The notes: generated by a model not told the origin, from the letters alone. Positions 20,673-31,336 are shown, counted from the first letter of the stretch. The stretch: 59,032 nt of DNA from Elusimicrobiota bacterium (GCA_051745145.1 JBNJDT010000008.1:1-59032); one strand, 5' to 3'. Made by a program: numbers and translations.

Positions 20673-21344
20673 ATGCATATAATAATAGCCGGGGGAGGTT
20701 CTTTGGGAACGGCGCTGGTTGAGAAATTAACCCTTTCCAAAAATGACGTGGTGGTTGTCGATGAGTCCAAAGAGGCCTGTGATGAACTTTACGCTTCTTT
20801 TGGAATAGAGACTATAATGGGTAATGCCACCCGGATAAATGTTTTAAAAGAGGCCGGTTTGGATAAGACGGATGCTGTAATTTCCACTATCCGTAAAGAC
20901 GATGTGAATTTAGCTATAACTTCTCTGGCTAAAAGCAGTGCGGTGCCGGAAATAATAATTTTAATGAGAAGAAAAAGTTATTTTGAGGCTTACAGGACTA
21001 CCGGAGCAACCCGTATTCTTAATATGGCCGACCGGCTGGTGGACGATGTCATGCAGCAGATAGAGAAACCGGCCGTAAGGAGAGTAGCCCGGCTGGGAAA
21101 CGGGGCGGTGGAAGTATTTTTGATAAATATACCCCAGGATGCCAAAATAGCGGGGAAGTCCGTATCCAAAATAGCTTCCAGCAAAAAGATGCCGGTGGAG
21201 AGTATAATAGCCGGGATATTCGATAAAGATACCAAGGAATATAAAATTCCCCGGGGAGATACCCGCATTGAAGGTGATTCCAATATTTTTGTAATAACTA
21301 AACCGGAAAAAGTCAATGAGACGGCGGCCTATCTAATGAAGTAA
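20673..21344 (+). CDS. trkA: Trk potassium uptake NAD-binding subunit (RCK_N + RCK_C)
   Basis: IIIAGGGSLG Rossmann motif, IPRGDT; adjacent to trkH. Confidence 0.9.
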   Translation: MHIIIAGGGSLGTALVEKLTLSKNDVVVVDESKEACDELYASFGIETIMGNATRINVLKEAGLDKTDAVISTIRKDDVNLAITSLAKSSAVPEIIILMRRKSYFEAYRTTGATRILNMADRLVDDVMQQIEKPAVRRVARLGNGAVEVFLINIPQDAKIAGKSVSKIASSKKMPVESIIAGIFDKDTKEYKIPRGDTRIEGDSNIFVITKPEKVNETAAYLMK

Positions 21345-21428
21345 TTTTTTAGTTTTGCAGAGCAGCAGTTTAAATTTGCTAGGTTTTTAAAAAAATAATG
21401 AGAAAAATAGTGTACGGAGGTGTTATTA

Positions 21429-21701
21429 ATGTCAAAAGTGAAAGTCGAAAAATTAAGTGAAGAAGAGATTGAGGAGAAAGGAATCCGAGACTGGCCTATT
21501 TGGGAAAAGGAAAAATCTACTTTTGACTGGAATTACGGTTCCCGGGAACAGTGCCTTATCCTCCAGGGAAAAGCTACGGTTGAACCCGCCGGCGGTGATG
21601 AAGTAAAATTCAGTGAAGGAGATTTTGTCACTTTTCCTGCGGGAATGGATTGTGTATGGGAGATACACGAGGATATTAAAAAACACTATAAACTGGGCTA
21701 A
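21429..21701 (+). CDS. Cupin_3 (DUF861-like) small protein
   Basis: WPIWEKE, EQCLILQG, GDFVTFPAG, KKHY; ATG 21429 lies behind GGAGG (track start GTG 21420). Confidence 0.85.
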   Translation: MSKVKVEKLSEEEIEEKGIRDWPIWEKEKSTFDWNYGSREQCLILQGKATVEPAGGDEVKFSEGDFVTFPAGMDCVWEIHEDIKKHYKLG

Positions 21702-22501
21702 TTTTCTGCCAGTTTTTTCAGTGTATTAATATTTTTAACATCCATATTATTTTCCTTGGGAGTCTCCAGTATAAAAGGATTATTTTTCCAGCCCGGGTAA
21801 TTTAAAATTTTTTTAAAATTTTCCAGGCCTATAGTCCCCCGGCCTATATGGGCGTGCCGGTCAATATTCTGACCTATCTCTTTTTTACTGTCGTTTATAT
21901 GGATAACTCTGGTGAATTTTTGAATTTTGTGGTTTAAAATGGCATCCATGGTATACCCTGCCTGGTAGGCGTGGGCTGTATCTATACAGAAATTCACCCG
22001 GTTGTTAAGGGATTTTCGTATTTTTAACAAATTATCAAAATCCACCCCCAGGGCGTTTCCCTGACCGGCGGTATTTTCCAGAAGCAGTTGGGTGTAATAA
22101 GTTTGTGATTTAAAAATTTTTCTTAACGACTGGATTACCCTCTGAATTCCTTTTTTTCTGCTTTCTTTCCCGCAGTTTCCGGGGTGGTGAACTAAAAAAT
22201 CCGCTTTAAGCCGGGATGCTCTTTTAAGTTCAACCCTGAGGGCGTCAATGGATTTTTCGCGCAGGTTTTTTTTAGGAGAAGCTATATTTATAAGATAGGG
22301 GGTATGGATTACCAGGGGATAAATATCTTTTTCTTTTCTCAAGTTTATAAATTTTTTTATATCCTCCTGATCTAAACCGGATTTTTTCCAGCCCCGGGGA
22401 TTCCCCGAAAATATCTGGAGGGTGTTTCCCCCGGCCTTTATAATCCTCTCTACGGACCGGTACAGCCCCCCGCTTATTGAACAATGTGCCCCTATTCGCA
22501 T
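21698..22501 (-). CDS. nfo: Endonuclease IV (AP endonuclease)
   Basis: IGAHCSI, HTPYLINIAS, HPG, LLENTAGQG, CIDTAH, HINDSK, DRH, ILETP. Confidence 0.95.
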   Translation of the reverse strand: MRIGAHCSISGGLYRSVERIIKAGGNTLQIFSGNPRGWKKSGLDQEDIKKFINLRKEKDIYPLVIHTPYLINIASPKKNLREKSIDALRVELKRASRLKADFLVHHPGNCGKESRKKGIQRVIQSLRKIFKSQTYYTQLLLENTAGQGNALGVDFDNLLKIRKSLNNRVNFCIDTAHAYQAGYTMDAILNHKIQKFTRVIHINDSKKEIGQNIDRHAHIGRGTIGLENFKKILNYPGWKNNPFILETPKENNMDVKNINTLKKLAEN

Positions 22502-22584
22502 AGGTTGTAAGTATAAAAATTTGGGTATTTTGTCAAATTAAAAAATTTTGCGGAGAAGTTTAATTAAGCCGTAAGACTAAATTT

Positions 22585-22613
22585 TTGACAATTAATTTAA
22601 ATTTTTATAGTAT
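22585..22613 (+). promoter_or_regulatory. sigma70-type promoter for PPC-rplU-rpmA
   Basis: TTGACA-N17-TAGTAT; a divergent TTGACA on the minus strand at 22531-22536 may serve nfo. Confidence 0.6.
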
Positions 22614-22627
22614 AAGTATCAGCAATT

Positions 22628-23047
22628 ATGGATTATAAAATAGAAAAAAATATACTTGCCGTCAGGCTATACGAAGGAGAGGATTTTGTAGCCGGCGTCC
22701 GGGAGGCTTTTAAAAAAGCCGGCAGTAACCTGGGCATTTTTTTAAATGCCGCGGGTATGATGCAGAATGTCAAATTAGGTTATTTTATAGGAAAAGGGGA
22801 GTATAAAGATAATATTTTTAGCTCACCCCGGGAGATAGTCTCTCTTACGGGGAATCTTATAAACAACGACAGCGGGTTTTACAGCCATTTACATATTTCT
22901 CTTGCCGATGATGACGGAAAAACTTGCGGGGGACATGTGCAGGAGGCCCAGGTTCACGGAACCGGGGAGGTATTTATTTATCTTTCGGATATGGAAGTTA
23001 CCCGCAGGATGGAAGAGAAAACAAAATTAGAAGGATTAAAATTATGA
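22628..23047 (+). CDS. PPC domain (DUF296) protein
   Basis: EIVSLTGN, HLHISLAD, GGHV. Confidence 0.88.
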   Translation: MDYKIEKNILAVRLYEGEDFVAGVREAFKKAGSNLGIFLNAAGMMQNVKLGYFIGKGEYKDNIFSSPREIVSLTGNLINNDSGFYSHLHISLADDDGKTCGGHVQEAQVHGTGEVFIYLSDMEVTRRMEEKTKLEGLKL

Positions 23048-23355
23048 AATATGCAGTAGTTGATAACGGAAGAAATCAGGAGATAGTTTCTGAAGGGGAT
23101 TTAATATTAGTTGACGATTTAAACCTGGAAAAGGGTAAGGAATACACCTGGGATAAGGTCCTTATGGTAAGAGATGAAGAAAATGTGGATATAGGCAAAC
23201 CTTATCTTGAAGATAAAGAAGTTAAAGGTACTGTGGGTAATATGGTAAAAGGCCCTAAAGTTATAAATTTTAAGAAGAAAAGAAGAAAAGGTTATTCCAG
23301 AAAAGTGGGACACAGACAAAAATTTACCGAAGTAAAAGTAGAGGAGATTAAATAA
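23044..23355 (+). CDS. rplU: 50S ribosomal protein L21
   Basis: MKYAVV start at 23044 (ATGA overlap), [18 protein letters not shown]. Confidence 0.95.
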   Translation: MKYAVVDNGRNQEIVSEGDLILVDDLNLEKGKEYTWDKVLMVRDEENVDIGKPYLEDKEVKGTVGNMVKGPKVINFKKKRRKGYSRKVGHRQKFTEVKVEEIK

Positions 23356-23356
23356 T

Positions 23357-23611
23357 ATGGCACATAAAAAAGGACAGGGATCTGTAGAAAATTCAAGAGA
23401 CAGTGCCGGCCGCAGGCTGGGCATAAAGGCTTTTGGCGGGGAGTTTGTTACCGCCGGCAGTATAATTGTCCGCCAGAGAGGCACTAAATACCATCCCGGT
23501 GTATTTGTGGGGCGGGGTAAAGACGACACCCTTTTTGCCAAAAAAGACGGTAAAGTGGAATTTGCCCGGAAAGGGAAGAAACGAAAAGTAATAAATATTA
23601 TACCGGCCTGA
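23357..23611 (+). CDS. rpmA: 50S ribosomal protein L27
   Basis: [26 protein letters not shown]. Confidence 0.97.
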   Translation: MAHKKGQGSVENSRDSAGRRLGIKAFGGEFVTAGSIIVRQRGTKYHPGVFVGRGKDDTLFAKKDGKVEFARKGKKRKVINIIPA

Positions 23612-23712
23612 GCACAAATACTGTAAATATCTTTTTAGTATTTATAAAAAGGATGGATTCAAATTTACCGTTTCCATTCTTTTTTAATTTAAAGAGCTGG
23701 GAGCTATAAAAT

Positions 23713-24795
23713 TTGAGAATAGTAATTAAATTAGGGACTAATCTTCTTACGCGGGACGGGGGACTTTTAGATGAAAACAATATAGAAAATCTGGTGGAAG
23801 AGATCGGGGGGTTGCTGGATTCCGGCTGGGAAGTTATCATAGTATCTTCAGGGGCCGTGGGGGCAGGATGCGGTACCCTGCAGTGCAGTCCTGCCGGTTT
23901 ATCCATAAAAGAAAAACAGGCGACAGCCAGTGTCGGTCAGGTAGACCTTATAAATATATTTAAAAAATATTTTCACCGTCAGAACCGGACCGTGGGACAG
24001 GTTCTGGTGACCGCTCAGGATTTAGCCCGCCGGAGAAGTTATCTTAATATCAGAAATACTCTGTTTACCCTTTTAAAGATGAATGTGGTTCCCATTATTA
24101 ACGAGAATGATACGGTAGCGGTAGAAGAATTAAAGTTTGGGGACAACGACAGACTGTCGGCGGTAATTACTTCCAAAGTGGATGCCGATATGCTGGTCAT
24201 GATGACGGATGTGGACGGCCTTTTAGATAATAACAATAAAGTCATACAGGAAGTGGATAAGATAACTGCCGGTATTGAAAAACTGGCCGGCGGCGGAGGA
24301 TCCGATTTTAGCGTGGGGGGAATGAAGACAAAGCTGAATGCCGCCCGGATAGTTACGAAAATGTGCGGGGTGGACACCTACATTACAAATGGCAGAAAAA
24401 GAGGGAATCTAAAAAAAATCATAGCCGGAAAAAATCCGGGTACAGTTTTCAAAGGCCATAAATGTGGGGTATCCCATAAAAAAAGATGGATAGCTTACGG
24501 CCTCCAGCCTTCGGGAAAGGTAATGCTGGATAAAGGGGCGGTTTCTGCGATTTTAGAAAAAAATGCCAGTGTTCTGGCTGTGGGGGTAGTAGCCCTGGAC
24601 GGAACATTCAAAGAGGGGGATTCGGTAAGCTGTCTTGATCCCGATGGAAATGAGATTGCCCGGGGGCTGGTAAATTATTCTTCCGGTGAGATTAAAAAAA
24701 TTATGGGAAAAAGTAGCGAGCAAATTAAAGATATTCTTGGGTATAAAGATTATGATGAGATAATTCATAAGGATAATCTGGTGAAATTACAGTAA
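23713..24795 (+). CDS. proB: Glutamate 5-kinase with PUA domain
   Basis: VIKLGT, VSSGA, PIINEND, FGDND, GGMKTK. Confidence 0.96.
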   Translation: MRIVIKLGTNLLTRDGGLLDENNIENLVEEIGGLLDSGWEVIIVSSGAVGAGCGTLQCSPAGLSIKEKQATASVGQVDLINIFKKYFHRQNRTVGQVLVTAQDLARRRSYLNIRNTLFTLLKMNVVPIINENDTVAVEELKFGDNDRLSAVITSKVDADMLVMMTDVDGLLDNNNKVIQEVDKITAGIEKLAGGGGSDFSVGGMKTKLNAARIVTKMCGVDTYITNGRKRGNLKKIIAGKNPGTVFKGHKCGVSHKKRWIAYGLQPSGKVMLDKGAVSAILEKNASVLAVGVVALDGTFKEGDSVSCLDPDGNEIARGLVNYSSGEIKKIMGKSSEQIKDILGYKDYDEIIHKDNLVKLQ

Positions 24796-24809
24796 ATGAG
24801 GAGTTAAAT

Positions 24810-26072
24810 ATGACTGAGCAGAAAAAAAAGGAAAAAATATTTAATCTGGCAAAAGATGCCGCTATAGCGTCCAGAAGTCTAAGGACGGTTTCCACTGAAG
24901 CTAAAAGGGATGCTCTGGAGAAAATAGCGGATGTTATTGATAAAAAAGCGGAAGATATACTGTTCAGAAATGATATAGATGTGGAAGCGGCCAAAGAGGA
25001 TGATTTAGAAGAAGCCCTGGTTGACCGGCTGGTATTAAACGAAAAGAGATTAAAATCTATGACCGACGGAATCAGGGAAGTTGCCGGTCTGGATGATCCT
25101 ATTGGCGAAGTTATAGAAGAACGCACCCGGCCTAATGGTCTTAATATCGAAAAAGTACGGGTACCCCTGGGAGTGGTGGGGATGATATACGAATCCCGAC
25201 CCAATGTAACCGGGGATGCCGCGGCCCTGTGTCTTATGTCTTCAAATTCCATTATCTTAAGGGGAGGTACAGAGGCCCTTAATTCAAATTTAGCTATAGG
25301 ACATTATATCCGGGCCGCTCTTCAGGACAGCAAACTCAGTGCGGATGCAGTACAGATAATCGATGACAGCGACAGGAAAATCGTTGAGTTCATGGTCTCT
25401 CTAAAAGGGTTAATAGATATTATAATTCCCCGGGGCAGCGAACAGATGATTAAGACTATCTCCAAGATGAGTCAGGTTCCGGTAATCGGACACGGAAAAG
25501 GATTGTGTCATATATATTTGGATAAAGATGCAGATAGAGAAAAAGCCGTCAATATAGTAAAAAATGCCAAAGTTCAGCGTCCGGGAGTATGTAATGCCGT
25601 GGAAACCCTTCTGGTCCACCGGGAAGGCGCGGACCGCATATTACCGCCTGTATGCAGGGTCTTAGAAGATAATAAGGTCGAGCTAAGGGGGGATGAAAAG
25701 GCCAGGGAGTTTTATAACATGGAACCGGCTGACGATGAGGACTGGAAGGAAGAGTATTTATCGCTTACCCTAGCCGTTAAAGTTGTTGACAATATGGATG
25801 AGGCCATTGGTCATATAGAAAATTATGGCTCGCGGCATTCTGATGCCATTGTAACCGAAGATGAAAAAGCGTCCGAAGAGTTTTTAAATAGAGTTGATTC
25901 TTCCTGCGTATATTGTAATGCATCCACGAGGTTTACGGACGGCAATCAGATGGGCCTGGGAGCTGAAATTGGTATTTCAAATCAGAAGTTGCATGCCCGC
26001 GGTCCCATGGGAATTAAGGAATTGACTTCTTACAAATACCAGCTCCGGGGGAACGGACAGATAAGAGAGTGA
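24810..26072 (+). CDS. proA: Gamma-glutamyl phosphate reductase
   Basis: YESRPNVT, PRG, CNAVET, NASTRFTDG, KLHARGP. Confidence 0.97.
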   Translation: MTEQKKKEKIFNLAKDAAIASRSLRTVSTEAKRDALEKIADVIDKKAEDILFRNDIDVEAAKEDDLEEALVDRLVLNEKRLKSMTDGIREVAGLDDPIGEVIEERTRPNGLNIEKVRVPLGVVGMIYESRPNVTGDAAALCLMSSNSIILRGGTEALNSNLAIGHYIRAALQDSKLSADAVQIIDDSDRKIVEFMVSLKGLIDIIIPRGSEQMIKTISKMSQVPVIGHGKGLCHIYLDKDADREKAVNIVKNAKVQRPGVCNAVETLLVHREGADRILPPVCRVLEDNKVELRGDEKAREFYNMEPADDEDWKEEYLSLTLAVKVVDNMDEAIGHIENYGSRHSDAIVTEDEKASEEFLNRVDSSCVYCNASTRFTDGNQMGLGAEIGISNQKLHARGPMGIKELTSYKYQLRGNGQIRE

Positions 26073-26641
26073 GTTATATCTTATACGGGGGGGTTTTTGA
26101 TCCCCCGCACCGGGGGCATCTTGCGATAGCCGGGGAAGCTTACAAAATTGTAAAACCTGATAGAGTAATCTGGGTTCCCGCCCGCAGACCTCCGCACCGG
26201 GAAGTGGAAGGATTAGGTGCCCGGGAAAGATATAATCTGGTAAATTTATTAATTGAAAAAAACGATAATTTTAAACTTTCCGATATAGAGTTAAAAGGAG
26301 AACATTCCGGGTACACTGTAGAAACAATAGAAAAATTCAGGCAAAAATTTCCCCGAGAGAAGAGCTATCTTCTAATAGGAACGGATGAAGCCGAGCAGTT
26401 TAAGAGCTGGAAGGACTGGCGTAAAATCTTGAAGTTAACCGGTCTAATCATAGGAAGAAGAAAAAAAACGGATAATATACCGCCCCAAATAAAAAGCAGG
26501 GCGTTATTATTAAAAAATAAGATATGGGATATTTCTTCTTCAGAACTGAGACAATTATTCAGGCAGGGCAAAGCCCCAAAAGAAAAGGTACCGGAAAAAG
26601 TAAGAGAGTATATAATATCCAGAAATCTTTATAGTGGATAA
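26069..26641 (+). CDS. nadD: Nicotinate-nucleotide adenylyltransferase
   Basis: YGGVFDPPHRGH, GYTVET, ISSSELR; canonical position after proA. Confidence 0.92.
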   Translation: MSYILYGGVFDPPHRGHLAIAGEAYKIVKPDRVIWVPARRPPHREVEGLGARERYNLVNLLIEKNDNFKLSDIELKGEHSGYTVETIEKFRQKFPREKSYLLIGTDEAEQFKSWKDWRKILKLTGLIIGRRKKTDNIPPQIKSRALLLKNKIWDISSSELRQLFRQGKAPKEKVPEKVREYIISRNLYSG

Positions 26642-27857
26642 AAAATATAAAATCCCATTAATAGTTGTAATACTTCCGATTGCAGGTATTATATTCATTA
26701 TTGTAACGGCGTTTAGTCCGGTAAAAAGAGAAGTTATTTTCAATAAGAGAATTAATATTCTTTTGCTGGGAGTCAGTAAGTTCGATTACGCCCACAAGGC
26801 GGAAGTTATTCAACTTTTAAGTTATGAACCCCGGACCGGATTTATTGATGTAATGGCCATACCCCGGGATACAATGATGCCGGTACCCTATGAAATTACC
26901 TGGAAGAGAATCCAGAAAATTAATGAAGTTTATTCCAGGTACCGGAATAATTCAAAAAATGCTGAAGAGTTATTTGTTAAATTTAAAAGTAAAACGGAAG
27001 AGTTACTTAAAGACAATTTGGAAATTGAATATTTTGCCCAGTTTGATTATAACGCCTTTAAGGATTTTGTGGATTGCCTGGGAGGGGTTACCGTAGATGT
27101 TAAAGAAAGAATGGTATATGATGATTATGCTCAGGATTTGCATATTGATATTTCTACCGGAACTCAGAATCTCGGCGGTGAAAAAGCCTTGCATTATGTG
27201 AGATACAGGGATAAAGTCAGAGGGGATATAGGCCGGCAGGAACGTCAGCACAAATTTGTCAAAGCGGTACTTGAAGAGTTGAAATCCCCCCGGACATTAC
27301 TTAAAATACCTTCATTATTTGAAGCGGTCATGGATAATTTAGATACTAATCTAAATTTTCCGGATATACTGGGTCTTGCAGATGAGATAAGAAATTTGGA
27401 ATTTAAAAATATGAGGGTTCAGAGAGTACCCGGCGAACCGGTTACCAGGTGGGGGAAAAGTTACTGGCAGGCCGACGGTCAGGGGTTAAAAGAGGTAATT
27501 GACGTAGTGAAAAATTCACAGCTTATAAATTTGCCCGTTAGAAAAATTGACCGGAGCGCAAGGCTGGATAGATCGATTACTGTTGAAGTCTGGAACGCTT
27601 CCGGAGATAAGGGAATGGCAAGAGAGATCACCAATTACCTGCGCAAGAGAAATGTAGATGTGGTCAGGTACGGAAATTACGGAGTAATTAAAGAATATAC
27701 CGAGATTATATCCAGAGACGGAAAATTAAAACCGGCCAGAGAGGTGGCCGATTTGATTGGCTGCCAGAATGTAAGTACTGAACTGGATACCAGCAGAATG
27801 GTTAATTTAAATATTGTAATAGGGAGGGATTTTAACGAAATATGGACAGGAAATTAA
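26634..27857 (+). CDS. LCP (LytR-CpsA-Psr) family protein with LytR_C domain
   Basis: N-terminal TM, IPRDT, ALHYVRYR, DIGRQERQ, VEVWNASG, IVIGRD. Confidence 0.9.
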   Translation: MDKKYKIPLIVVILPIAGIIFIIVTAFSPVKREVIFNKRINILLLGVSKFDYAHKAEVIQLLSYEPRTGFIDVMAIPRDTMMPVPYEITWKRIQKINEVYSRYRNNSKNAEELFVKFKSKTEELLKDNLEIEYFAQFDYNAFKDFVDCLGGVTVDVKERMVYDDYAQDLHIDISTGTQNLGGEKALHYVRYRDKVRGDIGRQERQHKFVKAVLEELKSPRTLLKIPSLFEAVMDNLDTNLNFPDILGLADEIRNLEFKNMRVQRVPGEPVTRWGKSYWQADGQGLKEVIDVVKNSQLINLPVRKIDRSARLDRSITVEVWNASGDKGMAREITNYLRKRNVDVVRYGNYGVIKEYTEIISRDGKLKPAREVADLIGCQNVSTELDTSRMVNLNIVIGRDFNEIWTGN

Positions 27858-28177
27858 GTAACGATAAGTTTGTTTCTGAAATAGAGGAAATTTTAAAAGA
27901 TAAAAAAGGGGAGCGGGTGCTTGCCTATGATGTGGGAGATATGACATCTTTTACAAAATTTATAGTAATAGCTTCCTTTAATTCCGATACCCAGATAAAG
28001 TCTGTAATTAAAGAAATTAATTCCAAGTTTAAAGCTCCGGAACATGTTGAAGGACGTCCGGATTCGGGATGGGTACTTTTAGATTATGAAAATATTATTG
28101 TAAATCTTTTTTTAAAAGAGCAGCGAGAATTTTATAATCTGGAGCGGATATGGGGAGAAGCGGAGAGGATAACTTAA
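27842..28177 (+). CDS. rsfS: Ribosome silencing factor
   Basis: DKKGE, EG..SGWVLLDY, REFYNLERIW. Confidence 0.92.
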   Translation: MDRKLSNDKFVSEIEEILKDKKGERVLAYDVGDMTSFTKFIVIASFNSDTQIKSVIKEINSKFKAPEHVEGRPDSGWVLLDYENIIVNLFLKEQREFYNLERIWGEAERIT

Positions 28178-29710
28178 ATGTATGAAATAGATATAGAACA
28201 GAAAATAAAGAGTATAACCGGTAATGACAGGGTGAAACTTTCAACGCCGCCGGAGAATTTTTCGGGTGATCTTTCTACTAATGCGGCCATGGTGGCCGGT
28301 ATGGACCCCAAAAAAATAGCTGAAAAGCTGGAAGAGTTTCCCGGAATTAAGGAAACAAAAATAGCCGGTCCCGGATTTGTCAATATTACTCTGACCCTGG
28401 AATGCTTAAAAGATGAGTTAAAAGAGATATTAAGTGATCCTAAAGGTTATGGGAAAGTAAAAAATGACGAAAAGATATTAATAGAAATGGTAAGTTCTAA
28501 CCCCACCGGACCGCTGCACATCGGCCACGGTCGGGGAGCGGCTTTAGGGGACGCCCTGGGCCGCATTTTAGAGAGACTGGGTTATAAAGTCTACCGGGAA
28601 TACTATGTAAACAATACCGGCCGGCAGATGGAACTTTTGGGGGAAAGCGTATTAAATACTATCAGGGGGAAAGAAGTTCCCGAGGACGGCTATCAGGGGG
28701 ATTATATAAAAGAAGTGGCCGGTCAATTGGAAAATTGCACAGATGTTAGAGAATGCGCTGTTAAAGCCGCCGGTATTATTTTAAAAAAACATATGAATAT
28801 ACTGGAGGATTTCCGGGTCTCATATGATAATATATCCTACGAAAAAGATCTTGTAAATGACGGATCGGTAAAATCTGTTATTCAAAATCTTGAAGAAAAA
28901 AATGTGGTTTACAAAAAGGAAGAAGCCCTCTGGTTTAATACTACAAAATTCGGAGATGACCGGGACAGGGTATTAAAAAAGAAGGACGGTAAGTATACTT
29001 ATTTTGCCACTGATTGTGCTTATCACAAGAATAAAGCTGACCGGGTTCAAAATTTAATAAATGTGTGGGGGGCGGATCATCACGGGTATGTTGACCGGCT
29101 TAAGGCCTTCTGGCAGGTATCCGGACTTGATAAAGAACATAATATTGATATACTGCTTTACCAGCTGGTGAATCTTAAACGGGGTGGAGAAAAAGTTTCT
29201 ATGTCTACGCGGGCCGGCGAATTTGTTACCCTGAAAGAAGTGATAGAAGAAGTGGGAGTGGATGCGGCCAGATTTTTTCTTTTAATGAGAAGTTATGATT
29301 CGCCGCTGGAATTTGATCTTCAGCTGGCAAAAGAAGAATCTAAAAAGAATCCCGTTTATTACATCCAGTATTCTCATACAAGAATTTGCTCTATATTCCG
29401 GAAAGCGGGCATAGATATTGAAGAGGTAGATAGTTCCAAGGTGGATAATTTAGGTGAAGAGGAGAGAGAAATTATTAAATCTATTTCCCATTTTCCGTAT
29501 ATATTAAAAAAGTCGGGAAGTTTAAAGGCACCTCATTTGTTAATTGAATACTTGAGAAGTCTGGCTACAAAATTTCACAAATACTATGATACAGTCCGGG
29601 TGCTGGGTAGCTCAAAAGAAGCCAGCCGGCTGGCGCTTTTAAAAGCTTTAAAGATTATAATTGCAGAGGGACTTGATCTTTTAGGGGTAGACAGTCCCGA
29701 AGAGATGTAA
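28178..29710 (+). CDS. argS: Arginine--tRNA ligase
   Basis: SSNPTGPLHIGHGR, WGADHHGY, MSTRAGEF, YYIQYSHTRI. Confidence 0.97.
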   Translation: MYEIDIEQKIKSITGNDRVKLSTPPENFSGDLSTNAAMVAGMDPKKIAEKLEEFPGIKETKIAGPGFVNITLTLECLKDELKEILSDPKGYGKVKNDEKILIEMVSSNPTGPLHIGHGRGAALGDALGRILERLGYKVYREYYVNNTGRQMELLGESVLNTIRGKEVPEDGYQGDYIKEVAGQLENCTDVRECAVKAAGIILKKHMNILEDFRVSYDNISYEKDLVNDGSVKSVIQNLEEKNVVYKKEEALWFNTTKFGDDRDRVLKKKDGKYTYFATDCAYHKNKADRVQNLINVWGADHHGYVDRLKAFWQVSGLDKEHNIDILLYQLVNLKRGGEKVSMSTRAGEFVTLKEVIEEVGVDAARFFLLMRSYDSPLEFDLQLAKEESKKNPVYYIQYSHTRICSIFRKAGIDIEEVDSSKVDNLGEEEREIIKSISHFPYILKKSGSLKAPHLLIEYLRSLATKFHKYYDTVRVLGSSKEASRLALLKALKIIIAEGLDLLGVDSPEEM

Positions 29711-29726
29711 TTTAAAAGTTAGTTCT

Positions 29727-30371
29727 GTGAAAATAAAATGGTACGGTCAGTCGTGTTTTGTTATTGATACCGTTAATAATTACAGAATATTAACTGATCC
29801 TTATGATAAATCGCTGGGTTACAGGTTGCCGCCGGAAACCCCCGATATAGTTACTGTATCCCACAGCCATTTTGATCACAAAGCCACGGAGTCTGTGAAG
29901 GGGGATTTTAAGATACTGGATTTTACCAAAGAAGTAAAGATGGGCGGTGTAAGGATTAAAGGAATAAAAACCTGGCATGATAAAGTTAGGGGCAAAAGAC
30001 GGGGCCCGAACCGGGTATTTAAAATTACGGCCGACAATATAGATTTTGTTCATCTGGGGGATATAGGACATAAGTTGTCCAGAGAGCAGGTCCGGTTGAT
30101 AAGACCCTGCGATATCTGCGCCGTTCCGGTGGGCGGTCATTTTACGGTGGGGGCAGACGGGGCGTATAAAATAGTAAAACAGTTAAAGCCTAATCTGGTA
30201 TTTCCCATGCATTATTCTACCCCTAAAAACAAACTGGAACTTGAGGGGCCGGATGATTTTATAAAAAAATTTATAGAGGTAAGAAAAGGAAAAATATGGG
30301 AGGGGAATCGATCGGATATATCAGAGGGGATGGTTTTATACCGGTTGCTGGCTCACGGTGAGCTGGCTTAA
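29727..30371 (+). CDS. Metallo-beta-lactamase fold hydrolase
   Basis: WYGQSCF, SHSHFDH, HLGD, PMHY. Confidence 0.88.
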   Translation: MKIKWYGQSCFVIDTVNNYRILTDPYDKSLGYRLPPETPDIVTVSHSHFDHKATESVKGDFKILDFTKEVKMGGVRIKGIKTWHDKVRGKRRGPNRVFKITADNIDFVHLGDIGHKLSREQVRLIRPCDICAVPVGGHFTVGADGAYKIVKQLKPNLVFPMHYSTPKNKLELEGPDDFIKKFIEVRKGKIWEGNRSDISEGMVLYRLLAHGELA

Positions 30372-30430
30372 GATAGTACAGAGGATATAGTATTACAAAT
30401 TAGTACAGAGTTTTGGGGAATATAAGTATA

Positions 30431-31336
30431 ATGACAGAAAAAAAAGATATAAAAGAAAAAATTGAAGATATAAATAAACAGTTGATGGAACTTAAAAGAG
30501 AGATAGATCTGCTGCGTAAGGAGAGGTATACCATAGTTGAGGAGCAAAAAAACCGTTTTCAGCGAATAATTGATATTGAAATACAGAAGGTGACTTCTTC
30601 TGTCGATGATTCTTTGAGAGAGATTTCAGAGCAGACTTCCAACCAGATATACAAACTTCACAACGAAGGCAAGAAAGTGGGTAAAAAAATAGATAAAGTA
30701 GCAGAAGAAAAAGCAGAGGAAAAAGCTGCCAAAACTTTATACAGCATGGAAAAACAGGCGGCAAGAAAATTAAAAAAAGACGTGGAAAATCAGATTGAAA
30801 AAGAGACCGGTAAAATGAAAGATGCCGTAAAAGAGGCCGAGAAAAAAGCCATTACGGATGACTTAACCCAGGCCTATAACCGCCGGTATTTTATGCCCCG
30901 TCTTCAGACCGAGTTTGGAATTGCCCGCCGGGCAGGGGATAATTTATCGCTTGTAATTCTGGATATAGACGATTTTAAAAAAATTAATGACACTTACGGT
31001 CATCCGGCCGGAGACAATGTCCTGGCTGAAATTTCCGGGGCGATTAAAAAACACCTGCGCAAATCGGACCTGCTCATAAGATACGGCGGAGAAGAATTTG
31101 TAATTCTTCTTCCCAGAACTACAAAAGATAAAGCGGTAAAAACTGCCGAGAGAATCAGGAATGTTGTTGAGGATATACCTTTTTACTGGGAGGGGGACAG
31201 TTTTAATATAACGGTATCTTTGGGGGTAGCTACTTTTCCGGAAGATGCCGACAAATCCAAGGATTTGTTGAATATCGCCGATAAGAGACTTCTTGAGGCT
31301 AAAGAAACGGGGAAGAATAAAACAATTTCAAGTTGA
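30431..31336 (+). CDS. Diguanylate cyclase with N-terminal coiled coil
   Basis: DDLT, DIDDFKKIND.YGH..GD, GGEEF A-site, RKSD I-site; start ATG 30431 or TTG 30413. Confidence 0.92.
   Translation: MTEKKDIKEKIEDINKQLMELKREIDLLRKERYTIVEEQKNRFQRIIDIEIQKVTSSVDDSLREISEQTSNQIYKLHNEGKKVGKKIDKVAEEKAEEKAAKTLYSMEKQAARKLKKDVENQIEKETGKMKDAVKEAEKKAITDDLTQAYNRRYFMPRLQTEFGIARRAGDNLSLVILDIDDFKKINDTYGHPAGDNVLAEISGAIKKHLRKSDLLIRYGGEEFVILLPRTTKDKAVKTAERIRNVVEDIPFYWEGDSFNITVSLGVATFPEDADKSKDLLNIADKRLLEAKETGKNKTISS

Noticed and set aside
22924..23043. N-terminal extension of rplU in the ORF track
   Set aside because: Overlaps the PPC-domain gene; L21 homology begins at ATG 23044
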